From an uncultured Planctomycetota bacterium (GTDB lineage Bacteria; Planctomycetota; Planctomycetia; Isosphaerales; Isosphaeraceae): 64,000 bases of DNA. Shown in pieces: positions 1-9,714 of the stretch. Position numbers and translations under genes: made by a program. The stretch is taken from NCBI GenBank assembly GCA_963823665.1, contig CAWGMQ010000008.1:256001-320000 (forward strand). Direction: 5' to 3'. Numbering within the stretch: position 1 is the stretch's first letter; each line of letters starts with the position of its first letter. The notes below the pieces were generated by a model. It was not told where the DNA came from. It saw only the letters and a list, made by a program, of their open reading frames with translations, and searched no databases.

Positions 1-1336
1 TCGCCCGGCTGCGATGCAAGGACCACACCGGGCGGCCGCGGCGCCACCTTGGGACCGTGCGATTTGTAGTCGCCCCGCCGCAGCACGAACGTATCGACCT
101 TCCGCGATTTCTTCTCGACGAGTGCCATCGCATGCGCGGGCGAGCGGGGAAGCAGTCGCTCGATCTCATAGATATCCCGCTTCAGCTTCTCGCGGCGTGC
201 CATGTCGGTCGCATTCGCCGAGACGGCCGCCGCAACTTCCTCCCACGTGATCCGCGTCGAGGTTCCGAGCCCTTGTGCCAGCTTCTTCTGAGCGGGCGTG
301 CGCTTCTCGGCCGGCGTGCCCAGCACCGCGCGCTCTTCCGCGCTAAGCATCGTCATCTTGCTCGCCTTGAGCGCGTCGCGATACGGCGCTTCGAGAGCAG
401 CAAGCTGCTTTTTGAGTGGCGCGGCCTTTTCATCGAGCTGCTTACGAACTGCGTCAAACCGATCGCGCTCGGCCTTCTCCGCAATCGAGACATCGTCCAG
501 ATCAGACGTCGCGAAGAACGCTTGAAGCCGGTAGTAATCGGTGGTTGGGATCGCGTCGAACTTGTGATCGTGGCAGCGGGCGCAGCCGACCGTGAGCCCG
601 AGAAAGACCGAGCCAACGGTGCTAGTGATCTCGGAAAGCTCAGTTTGCCGCTTCTCCTCGGGGATGACGTTCCCCCCGACCACCTCGCGCGGCCCGCACC
701 GCCCAAACCCCGTGGCGACAAGCGCCTCATGATTGCCGGGCTTCACGACGTCTCCCGCCAGTTGCAGCGTGAGGAATCGATCGTACGGGAGATCCGCGTT
801 CAGCGAGCGAACAACCCAATCGCGATAGCGCCAGGCATCCGGCCGCTCGGCGTCAAGCTCGAAGCCGTTCGTGTCGGCGTAATGCGCCAGATCAAGCCAG
901 TGCTGCCCCCAGCGGATGCCGTATTCCGGGCTCGCAAGCAGGCGATCAACCAGTCGTTCATAAGCATCGGGCCGGGTATCCCCGAGGAATGCCGCGACCT
1001 CGTCCGTCGCCGGCGGCCGGCCGGCCAGGTCGACCGTGACCCGTCGAATCAGCGCGATCCGGCTTGCCGCCGGCGAGTGGTCCAGTCCCAGATTCTCAAG
1101 CGCCCCTGAATGAATCGATCGATCGGATTACGAACCCATCTCGAGTCCTTGACGGCCTTCGGCTCGGTGCGTTTCACCGGCTGGTAGGCCCAGTGGCCGA
1201 GCTGTTCGGAACTGAACTTCTCGGGGGGCGCAGAATCATCCTTGCCCGGAGGTCCATCAGCCGCGGACAAGCCGGTGGCCGCGATGAGCAAAACACCGAA
1301 CCCAAGCAAGGCGAGCCAGCGACGATCCAGCGGCAT
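1..1336 (-). CDS. DUF1549/DUF1553 (PSCyt2/PSD1) planctomycete protein, 3'-truncated by window edge, frameshift near 1100
   Basis: Signal peptide MPLDRRWLALLGFGVLLIAATG, then HWAYQP...NPIDRFI. The downstream frame has LIRRVTVDLAG and GCARCHDHKFD (CxxCH), typical of the family. Confidence 0.85.
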
Positions 1337-1640
1337 GCAGTCCTCGAGAAGAGCGGTGGTCACTTGGCGCAACACTTCTCCCGGCCAGGTCGCGCGCACC
1401 TTCACCGCCACCACCGCTATTGTCGTCAATTCGCGCGGGGCCGGCAAGGCAAGCGCCGGCTCGCTCTTATCCGGCATCGATTCCGCTCAGCGAACAAGAC
1501 TGATTACCGCCAGTGCACGAAACGCCCACAACCGTCTTCTAAGTGCTTGGTTCGTCGATCATCGGGATGATACGTTGTGGAAGGCACTTTCGCGGAGACA
1601 AAGAACAGCGCTGAAAGACAAACGCGTCGAGGACCCGGCC

Positions 1641-2804
1641 ATGCGACTTCCTCGCGTGCCATCCAACTCTTGGGCCTGGCTGATCCCCGTCTTGATCGCG
1701 GCCGATCTCACCGCCCTATGGATCTGGGCAACCCGGCCCCGGCTCATCTACACCAACTGGCTCGGCCTGCCAGGCCTCCTCGACGAGGCCCCGATCCGCC
1801 GCCTTCTGGCATGGGCGCGCTGGGAGAGCGGGCCGAGGACGCTCTCCGGCTGCGTGTACTTATTCGAAGCCGGAGAATTGTTCTTTGGCACGGTATTCAT
1901 CCTCGCGCTCATCCTCCTGGTCATGACGCTGCTGGCCCGCCGATCCGAGAGCCCATTCTGGCGGCAAATGTGCACGCCATTCAGCGTGGCGCGCGTCGTC
2001 GCCGTTCGCTATCGCGTGCGAACGGCTCTCGCCGCGATCGCGATCCTGGGCTTGTACCTGGGGTGGGAAATCCACGGCTGGAGGACATGGCGGATGCGGA
2101 ACACTTACCTGCAACGCGCCGGCTCCGCAACAGTCGGTGAGAACCAGAATCGGTCTCAGTTGCAATCGGTACAAAAGCGGCTCGCCAAGCTCATGGAGAC
2201 GAACGAATCGCAACTCTCGGAGCTCAGTCCACCCAACCTCGGCTTCTACCGGTCGAAGGCAGCACATGCCGCAGACCGCCGTGCAAATCGTGACCGGTTG
2301 AATCGAGAGATCGCGTATTACTCGGCCAGGATCGCCGCCCATGCCGAGCGCAGAACGAAGTACGAAAACGCCGCCGCGAACCCATGGGCGCCCGTCGAGC
2401 CCGACCAGCCGGTGCCGGAGCTGGAGCCCGACCCGCTCTACTTGGAGAGCAGTCGCGACTACGCGCGCGCCCTGGCCGCATGCGACCACCTTGCAAAAAC
2501 CTACCCGGACTTGGTCGAGGCCCATTCCACGGCGGCACGGATTCACGCAACCTGCCCCGACCCCAGCTTCCGAGATGGCAAGCTCGCGGTCGCCTCGGCG
2601 AAGCGAGCCTGCGAGCTGACCGACTGGCGTGACTTCTGGGAGCTCAGCGTCCTGGCCGCGGCGTGCGCCGAAGCCGGGGATTTCGCTCAGGCTGTGAAAT
2701 GGCAGCAAAAGGCGGCCGGGCTTACCACAGATCCGAGAAACAGCCAGTTCTGTCGAGAACGACTGGCCCTCTACATGGCAGGCATGCCCTACCGGCAGAA
2801 ATGA
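1641..2804 (+). CDS. Membrane-anchored TPR-repeat protein
   Basis: N-terminal hydrophobic segments. C-terminal RDGKLAVASAKRACELT...LAAACAEAGDFAQAVKWQQKA TPR module. Confidence 0.75.
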   Translation: MRLPRVPSNSWAWLIPVLIAADLTALWIWATRPRLIYTNWLGLPGLLDEAPIRRLLAWARWESGPRTLSGCVYLFEAGELFFGTVFILALILLVMTLLARRSESPFWRQMCTPFSVARVVAVRYRVRTALAAIAILGLYLGWEIHGWRTWRMRNTYLQRAGSATVGENQNRSQLQSVQKRLAKLMETNESQLSELSPPNLGFYRSKAAHAADRRANRDRLNREIAYYSARIAAHAERRTKYENAAANPWAPVEPDQPVPELEPDPLYLESSRDYARALAACDHLAKTYPDLVEAHSTAARIHATCPDPSFRDGKLAVASAKRACELTDWRDFWELSVLAAACAEAGDFAQAVKWQQKAAGLTTDPRNSQFCRERLALYMAGMPYRQK

Positions 2805-3085
2805 GTGTTCACCACCAACGGAGTGGACGTGGCTGCCAATGGCAAGCACCAAACACGTGACCACGCCCGTCAGTGCGTGGCTCAAACGGGACGCAAGTCC
2901 TCCACCCTCGGTCGTAAGCCCGATCCGGGGGCGGGCTGTGGCATTCGCGGGCGCGAGGCGTGGTGGTGAACCATCTGCCTTGCCCTTGAGCATTTCCCAG
3001 AAACTGCTAAAAAAGTGATCCGACTCACGACCAGGACGGATCGATTCACGACAACGTGGCTGTTGCTCCAGGATGGAGGTGCACG

Positions 3086-4666
3086 ATGCCTCGAGACGGA
3101 TTTCGACGGATTGTCCGGTCCGTACGCACCGGATTGCACGTCGCCGCGACCTTCGTCGGCCTGGGATCATTCTTTGCGCCGCTGCTCTGCGGCAACGCAT
3201 GCGGACAAGACCTCGTTCCCGCACCGCCGGACATGAAAGCGCCGGAGGGCGGACAACCCCTGATATTCGTCCCACCGAACTTTCCGGAGGAAATCGACGG
3301 ACTTCCCAGCTTCGTGACGCCGTCGTCAACTCTCGGTGAAGCTCTGGATCGCCATCGTGGCGCGCCGACGCCTGGGCTGCCCGCTGCTCCCGCCGATCAA
3401 GCGACGCCACTCACACCGCCGGTAAAAGACCGCCTGGTCGAAGCGGAACAGTGTCTGGCTGACCGAAAATACGGCGACGCACTCGAGTTGTTCGCTCTGG
3501 CGATTGCCTATGATCATAACAATATACGCGCACATCTCGGCCGCGCTCGCGCCTTCATGATGCTGGCACGATACAAAACGGCCCTTGAGGATGTGGATTT
3601 CATCATCGATCGAGAACCCCAGCACCTCGAGGCCCTGCAGATCCGGGCGATCTGTTCGTTGTACCTGGGTATGGCCGGCAGCCCCGAGTTTCTCGACGAC
3701 GCCGCCAAGACCGTGGCCGGTATTCTCAAAAGCGATCCCTTAGACCCGACCGCGCGCGCGGTTCACGGAGCGATCGCGCTTGCCGAACGAGACCCTGACC
3801 TCGCCATCGCAGACCTATCGTACGCGATCGAAAAGCGATTGCATTGGGCGGACGCGTTCTACTATCGAGGCGCCGCCCGGATGGTAAAAGGCGATTATCG
3901 CCACGCCCTCGATGACTTCAAGAAGATCACCCAGGGAAGTGCCGCACCTCAAATCCCGTCGACAATCCTCTACGACCGCGCCCGTTGCCTTGCCGGAGTT
4001 GGCGATTACGACCTCGCAATCGCTGACTTCACCATGCTCGTCGAGCGCCATCCTGACGATCCTCGATTCTATCAGGGCCGCGCCGACGCGTACGTCGCAA
4101 AGAACGACCTGGTCCACGCCCTCGCGGACCACGATCAGGTCGTGCGATTGCGGCCAGACGACGCTGAGATCTACCTCAGGCGAGCCTTCCTTCGCTTGCG
4201 GAAAGGCGAAAACACTCGCGCGCTCGCCGACATGGATCGGATGGTTCAACTCAAGCCAGATGCCGGCGGCGCGTACTTTTGCCGTGCCGTGATCCTCGTG
4301 CTAGGCAAGGGAGACACAGAGCGCGCCTTGGCTGACATGGAACGCGCCGTAGCACTCGAGCCCGGGCTCACCGTCTTCTACGCGTTCCGCGGCTATCTTC
4401 GCGCGAGGAAGCTCGAGTCCGGACCGGCACTCAAAGATTTTGTCCTGTGCCTTGCCACGCTCGATCAGCTCGAGTTCAAACTCACCTGGAATTTTGACGA
4501 TGAAAGCGGCCGATTCAGCGTCGGATTCGGCTGGTGGGTCAAGGAAAACGCAAACGCGAATGCGCGAGGCATGAAGCGCGTCCTGGAAGCCTCAAACGTC
4601 GACGGCCGTTGCATTGACTGGGGAGTGCGTCGCATTCTTGCCGCAGCGTTTGAACCGGCACGATAG
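3086..4666 (+). CDS. Secreted TPR-repeat protein
   Basis: GGAGGT RBS before ATG 3086. Signal-like N-terminus and multiple 34-aa TPR motifs (AFYYRGAARMVKGDYRHALDDF). Confidence 0.8.
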   Translation: MPRDGFRRIVRSVRTGLHVAATFVGLGSFFAPLLCGNACGQDLVPAPPDMKAPEGGQPLIFVPPNFPEEIDGLPSFVTPSSTLGEALDRHRGAPTPGLPAAPADQATPLTPPVKDRLVEAEQCLADRKYGDALELFALAIAYDHNNIRAHLGRARAFMMLARYKTALEDVDFIIDREPQHLEALQIRAICSLYLGMAGSPEFLDDAAKTVAGILKSDPLDPTARAVHGAIALAERDPDLAIADLSYAIEKRLHWADAFYYRGAARMVKGDYRHALDDFKKITQGSAAPQIPSTILYDRARCLAGVGDYDLAIADFTMLVERHPDDPRFYQGRADAYVAKNDLVHALADHDQVVRLRPDDAEIYLRRAFLRLRKGENTRALADMDRMVQLKPDAGGAYFCRAVILVLGKGDTERALADMERAVALEPGLTVFYAFRGYLRARKLESGPALKDFVLCLATLDQLEFKLTWNFDDESGRFSVGFGWWVKENANANARGMKRVLEASNVDGRCIDWGVRRILAAAFEPAR

Positions 4667-4940
4667 CCGATTCCAGCTCAAGGGCCCCAGAGCTGAATTC
4701 CGTCGGGTCTAGATAGCGGAGGTTCCTGGCATTGACCAGGTCATATCGCCGTGTGACGGATCTGGATTTACTTCCATCGTAGTGCAGCATGATGACGCTC
4801 GAGTTGATTTCGGTCGACTCGAAGACCTTCGCGTGCGCGCGAGCGTGGACGAACACTGTCCCGAGCACCGTGACCCGCAAGAAATCCTCCGCACACCACC
4901 CGCGGCGCGGCGTTTGCAGTGAAAGCAGCGGTTGATCTCT

Positions 4941-4949
4941 TGGTATAAT
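4941..4949 (+). promoter_or_regulatory. Extended -10 promoter (TGnTATAAT)
   Basis: TGGTATAAT about 40 bp upstream of ATG 4991, with a GGAGG RBS in between. Confidence 0.5.
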
Positions 4950-4990
4950 TGAATAGAGCGACAAGAATCCTTTCACCAGGAGGCACGTCG

Positions 4991-5590
4991 ATGAGCGAAG
5001 CATCGCTACCGTGTGAGTCGAGCATCGTCGCGGTCTATCCGGACCATGAATCGTCCGAGCATGCCATCCGGCTGCTTCACCAGAATGGATTCGCGATCGA
5101 GGATCTCTCGATCGTCGGGCGCAACATCAAGCTGACCGAGGAGCCGACCGGCTTCATCACCACGGGCGATTACGTCTCCGCGGGGGCACGGTCCGGAGCC
5201 TTGATCGGAGGGCTCGCCGGCGTGGCGCTCGGGGCAGCGCTCTTGATCATACCCGGCATCGGTCCGGTCATCGTCGCCGGGCCGATCGCGGCGGCTGTGC
5301 TCGCCGGAGTCGAAGGCGCGGTCGCCGGCGTAAGCCTTGGCGCGCTCGCCGGAGCACTCGTCGGCTGGGGTGTTCCAAAAGAGCACGCGATCAAGTTCGA
5401 ATCCGAGGTGCAGGGCGGCAAGTTCCTCGTGATGGCCCGCGGCAACGCCGAGGAAATCGACCGGGCGCGGGCCTTGCTCCACAAAGCAGACGTTCCGCAT
5501 CAGATCGCGGTGTATGACCGCACCACGGCTGGACGGCCAGGGCGAGCCGCCGTCACACAAGCTCCCGGATCAGGCGGCCGTCGTAGTTAA
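4991..5590 (+). CDS. General stress protein 17M-like / DUF1269-type membrane protein
   Basis: IVAVYPDH...AIRLL...DLSIVG, a Gly/Ala-rich hydrophobic core (IPGIGPVIVAGP) and LVGWGVP...GGKFLV. Confidence 0.75.
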   Translation: MSEASLPCESSIVAVYPDHESSEHAIRLLHQNGFAIEDLSIVGRNIKLTEEPTGFITTGDYVSAGARSGALIGGLAGVALGAALLIIPGIGPVIVAGPIAAAVLAGVEGAVAGVSLGALAGALVGWGVPKEHAIKFESEVQGGKFLVMARGNAEEIDRARALLHKADVPHQIAVYDRTTAGRPGRAAVTQAPGSGGRRS

Positions 5591-6881
5591 CCTGGACGGG
5601 CCGCCCATCAGGAGTCTGGTGTGTGGTCTCGAGAGGGATGCCCAGGCAGTGGTAAACCGTCGCAGCGATATCCTCGGTGTAATAGGGTGCCTCGATCGGC
5701 TGCTCGGCGAGCGCATCGGTCTGCCCCACGGCGATCCCGCACCGCAGACCGCCCCCGGATAACAGCGCGACACCCGAGGTCGACCAGTGGTCGCGCCCCG
5801 CGGATGGATTCACCTTGGGCGTGCGGCCGAAGTCGGAGAGGACCACCACCAGCGTCTGCTCGAGCATGCCGCGGTCGGAGAGATCCTGAACCAGGCCCGA
5901 GACCGCGGCGTCGAGCTTGGGCAGCAGCCGCGTTTTCAGAGACTTGAAATTATCCTGGTGCGTATCCCAACCGCCGTCGGTGACCGTGACGAAGCGAACA
6001 CCCCCCTCGATCAGCCGACGGGCGAGCAGGCAGCCCTGGCCCAGCGAATTGCGCCCGTAGCGGTCTCGGAGACGGGGGTCTTCGGAATGGATGTCAAATG
6101 CCTTCTTCGCCTCGGGGGCCGTGACCAGATTGTACGCCTTTTCGTAAAACGTGCCGGTGGCCTGCACCGGTAGAGCGCCGGCAGATCCCTCGATCTCTCT
6201 CTGCCAGGTATCAACGGTCTGGAGCACTTTCATGCGATGCTGGAACCTCAAGCGGTCGACTCCCCCCGGCAAGACCACGTCCCGGACCGTGAAATTCGGG
6301 TTCGACGCATCGCCCGGCAGGATGAAGGGGTTGTACTGGTCACCCAGAAAGCCAGCCGAGCCGCCGCCGAATTTCTTGTCGATCGAGTTTCCAAGCTGCA
6401 CATACGGCGGCATCGACTTGCGATCGCCAAGCTCGCGGGCCACGACCGCGCCGTAAGCCGGGTAGGAGAGCGCGGGATTGAACGGATGGCCCGTCAACAT
6501 GTAAGCGTCGGCAACCCCGTGCGACCCGTTCTTGGGGTTCCACGACCGAACGATCGCATATTTGTCCTGATGCTGCGCGAGCTTCGGCAGCGGGTCGCAC
6601 AGCGAGATCCCCGGCACGTTGGTCGCAATCGCACCGAACTCACCCCTGATCTCCTGGGGCGCCTCGGGCTTGGGATCAAAGCTGTCAATATGGCTGATTC
6701 CACCCTGCAGCCAGATCAGGATGCACGAAACGTCCTTGCCGCTCCGGCCGCCGGCCCGCGCGCGGCGTTCCAGAAACCCGGGCAGCGAAATCCCCAGTGC
6801 AGCCAGCGAGCCGACCTTGAGCAGCTCACGCCGCGTGACTCGATCGCAGCTCCGATGCAAACCCATCGTCAAGTTGAGCAT
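5553..6881 (-). CDS. DUF1501 domain protein (Tat-exported)
   Basis: TRRELLK Tat motif; WLQGGISHIDSFDPKP, LARRLIEGGVRFV, GGWDTH, DFGRTPK, GRDHW. Confidence 0.92.
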   Translation of the reverse strand: MLNLTMGLHRSCDRVTRRELLKVGSLAALGISLPGFLERRARAGGRSGKDVSCILIWLQGGISHIDSFDPKPEAPQEIRGEFGAIATNVPGISLCDPLPKLAQHQDKYAIVRSWNPKNGSHGVADAYMLTGHPFNPALSYPAYGAVVARELGDRKSMPPYVQLGNSIDKKFGGGSAGFLGDQYNPFILPGDASNPNFTVRDVVLPGGVDRLRFQHRMKVLQTVDTWQREIEGSAGALPVQATGTFYEKAYNLVTAPEAKKAFDIHSEDPRLRDRYGRNSLGQGCLLARRLIEGGVRFVTVTDGGWDTHQDNFKSLKTRLLPKLDAAVSGLVQDLSDRGMLEQTLVVVLSDFGRTPKVNPSAGRDHWSTSGVALLSGGGLRCGIAVGQTDALAEQPIEAPYYTEDIAATVYHCLGIPLETTHQTPDGRPVQVNYDGRLIRELV

Positions 6882-7078
6882 CGCACCCTCTCTTGGCATT
6901 GCGCCGCAGGGATATTTAGCTGATCGTCGCTGCCGGAAGGCAACTCAGGCGGGACCCGGTTGTTTCACCAGGTTCATACCAAAGTTTAACATCTAATTGA
7001 CATTCCGGGCAAGAGATGGGCGGGGAAAAGTGGGGACTTGGCCCGCAGAATTCTCGTGTGGTGGGTGTAGCCTGCTCG

Positions 7079-7133
7079 GAATCCTGCTCTTAATCTTAAT
7101 CCTAACCCTAATCCTAATCCTGCTCTTATTCTC
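7079..7133. repeat. Degenerate hexamer tandem repeat (TAATCC/TAATCT-like)
   Basis: atcctgctcttaatcttaatcctaaccctaatcctaatcctgctcttattctc, an AT-rich run in an intergenic region. Confidence 0.7.
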
Positions 7134-7190
7134 AGTGTTCTCCTCGAAGCCGCCAGAACCCCACTCATTCGTCCGAAAGTATCCATCGCC

Positions 7191-8314
7191 TTGGCCTCCA
7201 TCGAACTACGCAAGCTGGCAAAGATCTATCCCGGCGGGATCAACGCCATCCGGCCGATCGATCTCTCGGTCGAGTCGGGTGAGCTACTCGTCTTGCTCGG
7301 CCCCTCAGGGTCGGGCAAAAGCACGATCCTGCGGCTGATCGCCGGGCTTGAGCGGCCTTCGGCGGGAAGTATCCTCGTCGACGGGCGCGAAATGAACGGT
7401 GTGCCGCCGCACCGCCGTGACGTGGCGATGGTCTTTCAAAACCCGGCGCTTTATCCTCATTTATCTGTCTTCGGTAATCTGGTCTTCGGAGTGCGCAGCC
7501 GAGGCGTTTCGCGTGCGCAAGCGCGGTCGCGGGTGAATCAGGTCTCGGGCGTTCTGGGGCTCGATCGCGTGCTGGGCCGCAAGCCGGGTGCCCTTTCCGG
7601 CGGCGAGCGTCAGCGAGTGGCGATCGGCCGGGCGCTCGTGCGCGAGCCGCGGATCGTGCTTTTTGACGAGCCGTTCTCGAACCTGGATGTCCCGCTTCGC
7701 GCCGGCCTGCGCGAAGAAGTGATCGAGCTTCACCGCCGCTTGAAGACGACACTCATCCACGTGACGCACGACCAGTCCGAAGCCCTCATCATGGGCGACC
7801 GGGTCGTTGTTCTCGAAAAGGGCCAGCTTCGCCAGTGCGACGCGCCGAGGGCAATCTACGACCGCCCTGCGCACCGTTTCGTCGCCACATTCGTCGGCAG
7901 CCCTCCGATGAACCTCCTGCCGTGTCAGATCGAGCGCGATGCCGGAGTCACTCGTTTCCGCCCGGTCGGCACCGAGCGCGCATTGCGATGGGACCAGCCG
8001 GGCGCGTCGCTGCCGCGCGGGTGGGAAGGAACCACGCGGATCTTCGACCTGGGAATCCGTCCCGAAGCAATCTCGGTGCGTGCCGAGGACCCCGCGGCGG
8101 AGCACGCCCTCGACATCCCGAGCATGAGCGCCGGGTTCGGCGGCTGGAATTCAATGGTCCGGACCTCCTGGCGACCCTCGCCGTCGGCCCGCACCGCCTG
8201 ATCGCCCGGCTGCCGTCAAGCCAGGCGCTCCACGACGGTCAGCGTGTAGAGGCCGTGCTCGATCTGAGCAAGTCAGTCTGGTTCGACCAGACCAGCGGCG
8301 AGGCGGTGTCCTAG
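7191..8314 (+). CDS. MalK/UgpC-family sugar ABC transporter ATP-binding protein (frameshift near 8130)
   Basis: Walker A GPSGSGKST, LSGGERQRVAIGRA, DEPFSNLD, HVTHDQSEA. The OB/TOBE tail continues in another frame to 8314. Confidence 0.9.
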
Positions 8315-8497
8315 ACCGCGCATCCTCGCACGGTCCACAGGCTTCGCCCGCGCGAACGTCCCTCCCAGCTCGCCGACCCCGCAGTTCATGTTGAGAATTC
8401 CGCATGGAATCTTTGGCGGGAATCGGCGAGAATCGAATCTTTGCTCAAAGCACGGCTTCGAAGATCGTAGAGTTCGGGGACTACAGGGCGAACCGTA

Positions 8498-8704
8498 ATG
8501 GATAGTCCGCGCCGTCAGCTTCGGGTCGTGCGCCTGCACGGGCCGCGTGAACAAGCGAATCCAGGCGATCAAACGACAACCGCCGCCGAGCGATTGGAAA
8601 TGATGTGGCCGCTCGCGCTCGACGCGTGGGCATTCAAGGGAGAGCCGGTGGTTGAACAGCGACTTCCGCGACATATTGTCCATATTTATCGCAGAGGGCG
8701 TTGA
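8498..8704 (+). CDS. Small hypothetical protein preceding nucleotidyltransferase
   Basis: 68-aa ORF (TTAAERLEMMWPLALDAW...RLPRHIV) overlapping the start of the next gene. Confidence 0.55.
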   Translation: MDSPRRQLRVVRLHGPREQANPGDQTTTAAERLEMMWPLALDAWAFKGEPVVEQRLPRHIVHIYRRGR

Positions 8705-9113
8705 ATTCCTTCTCGTCGGCGCGTATGCCCTCGCAGTACATGGGGTCGCACGTGCCACGGGCGACATCGACCTCAGGGTCCGACCGTCGCCGCATAACGC
8801 AGTCCGCGCTTGGAACGCGTTGGCAAAATTTGGTGCACCGGTAACTGGCTTGAGCACCAGTGACCTTACAACTCCGGGGCTGATCTACCAAATCGGCGTG
8901 GCACCGCGCCGCATCGACGTCATCACCTCGATCGATGGCGTCGACTTTAATGAGGCGTGGGCCTCACGCCGCGAAGTCAACATTGATGGAATAAAGCTCA
9001 CGGTGCTCAGTCGTGAGGATCTGATACGGAACAAGCGCGCCGCGGGCCGTCCAAAGGATCTGGCCGATCTCGCATTGCTGGAGGAATCGACAGGGCCCGA
9101 TTCTCAGACGTAG
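8652..9113 (+). CDS. Pol-beta-superfamily nucleotidyltransferase (MNT/AbiEii-like)
   Basis: FLLVGAYALAVHGVARATGDIDL motif and C-terminal LIRNKRAAGRPKDLADL. Confidence 0.8.
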   Translation: MNSDFRDILSIFIAEGVEFLLVGAYALAVHGVARATGDIDLRVRPSPHNAVRAWNALAKFGAPVTGLSTSDLTTPGLIYQIGVAPRRIDVITSIDGVDFNEAWASRREVNIDGIKLTVLSREDLIRNKRAAGRPKDLADLALLEESTGPDSQT

Positions 9114-9714
9114 TCAGCACCATATAAACACTATCAACGTAATCATTCGGCCCCCACAATTCGCGCGACGCTTCAACGGAGATTCCCAGCGGCTGGAACC
9201 CGATCTTCTGGTAGGCCCGAACGGCCCGCGGGTTACGAGCCGAAGGCTGGACCATGAACTCCTGAACCCCAAGGCGCTCGCCGAGGCACCCGCAAAGCAA
9301 CAGGAGGGCTTGGGTACCAAATCCGTGCCCGCAGTCCTTTTCGGACCGCATCCAGATATCCAGCTCGGTCCGCGTTCGGCCGGCATGGTGATGGATGTCG
9401 TTGTAAGTTACCTGGCCGACCGCTTCGTGGTTCACCAGGATCAAATAGCAGCGGCCGAGATGGGCTGCAGAATCCGAAAAGTAGTGCAGGCAATCGGCGT
9501 TGCAGAATTCGTCCCAGGCGGGAATCGGTTTTTCGGGAAAGATCGGCGGCCCATTCATGGCACTTGCAATGTCAGAATGGGCCAGCCATTCGAAGACCTG
9601 ACGCTGGTCCGCAATCGTCGCGGGGCGAAGCCAGAAGCCGTCACCCTGAATGATCGTGGGGCGCAGTTGCTCTTGGCAGTCGGCCATTCGCGATTCGTCC
9701 AGCGGGTTCGTCAT
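9007..9714 (-). CDS. GNAT acetyltransferase (RimJ/AAC(6')-like)
   Basis: ELDIWM...GHGFGTQAL and PSARNPRAVRAYQKIGF. ATG overlaps the stop of the upstream ECF gene (ATGA). Confidence 0.8.
   Translation of the reverse strand: MTNPLDESRMADCQEQLRPTIIQGDGFWLRPATIADQRQVFEWLAHSDIASAMNGPPIFPEKPIPAWDEFCNADCLHYFSDSAAHLGRCYLILVNHEAVGQVTYNDIHHHAGRTRTELDIWMRSEKDCGHGFGTQALLLLCGCLGERLGVQEFMVQPSARNPRAVRAYQKIGFQPLGISVEASRELWGPNDYVDSVYMVLTTSENRALSIPPAMRDRPDPLDGPRRACSVSDPHD

Noticed and set aside
2830..2950. c-di-GMP-I riboswitch (GGGACGCAAGTCCTCC resemblance)
   Set aside because: The upstream GGCAAA and GNRA-capped P2 and the tetraloop receptor are missing.
4539..5003. 154-aa minus-strand ORF
   Set aside because: It overlaps both neighbours and the promoter of the 4991 gene, and has no motif.
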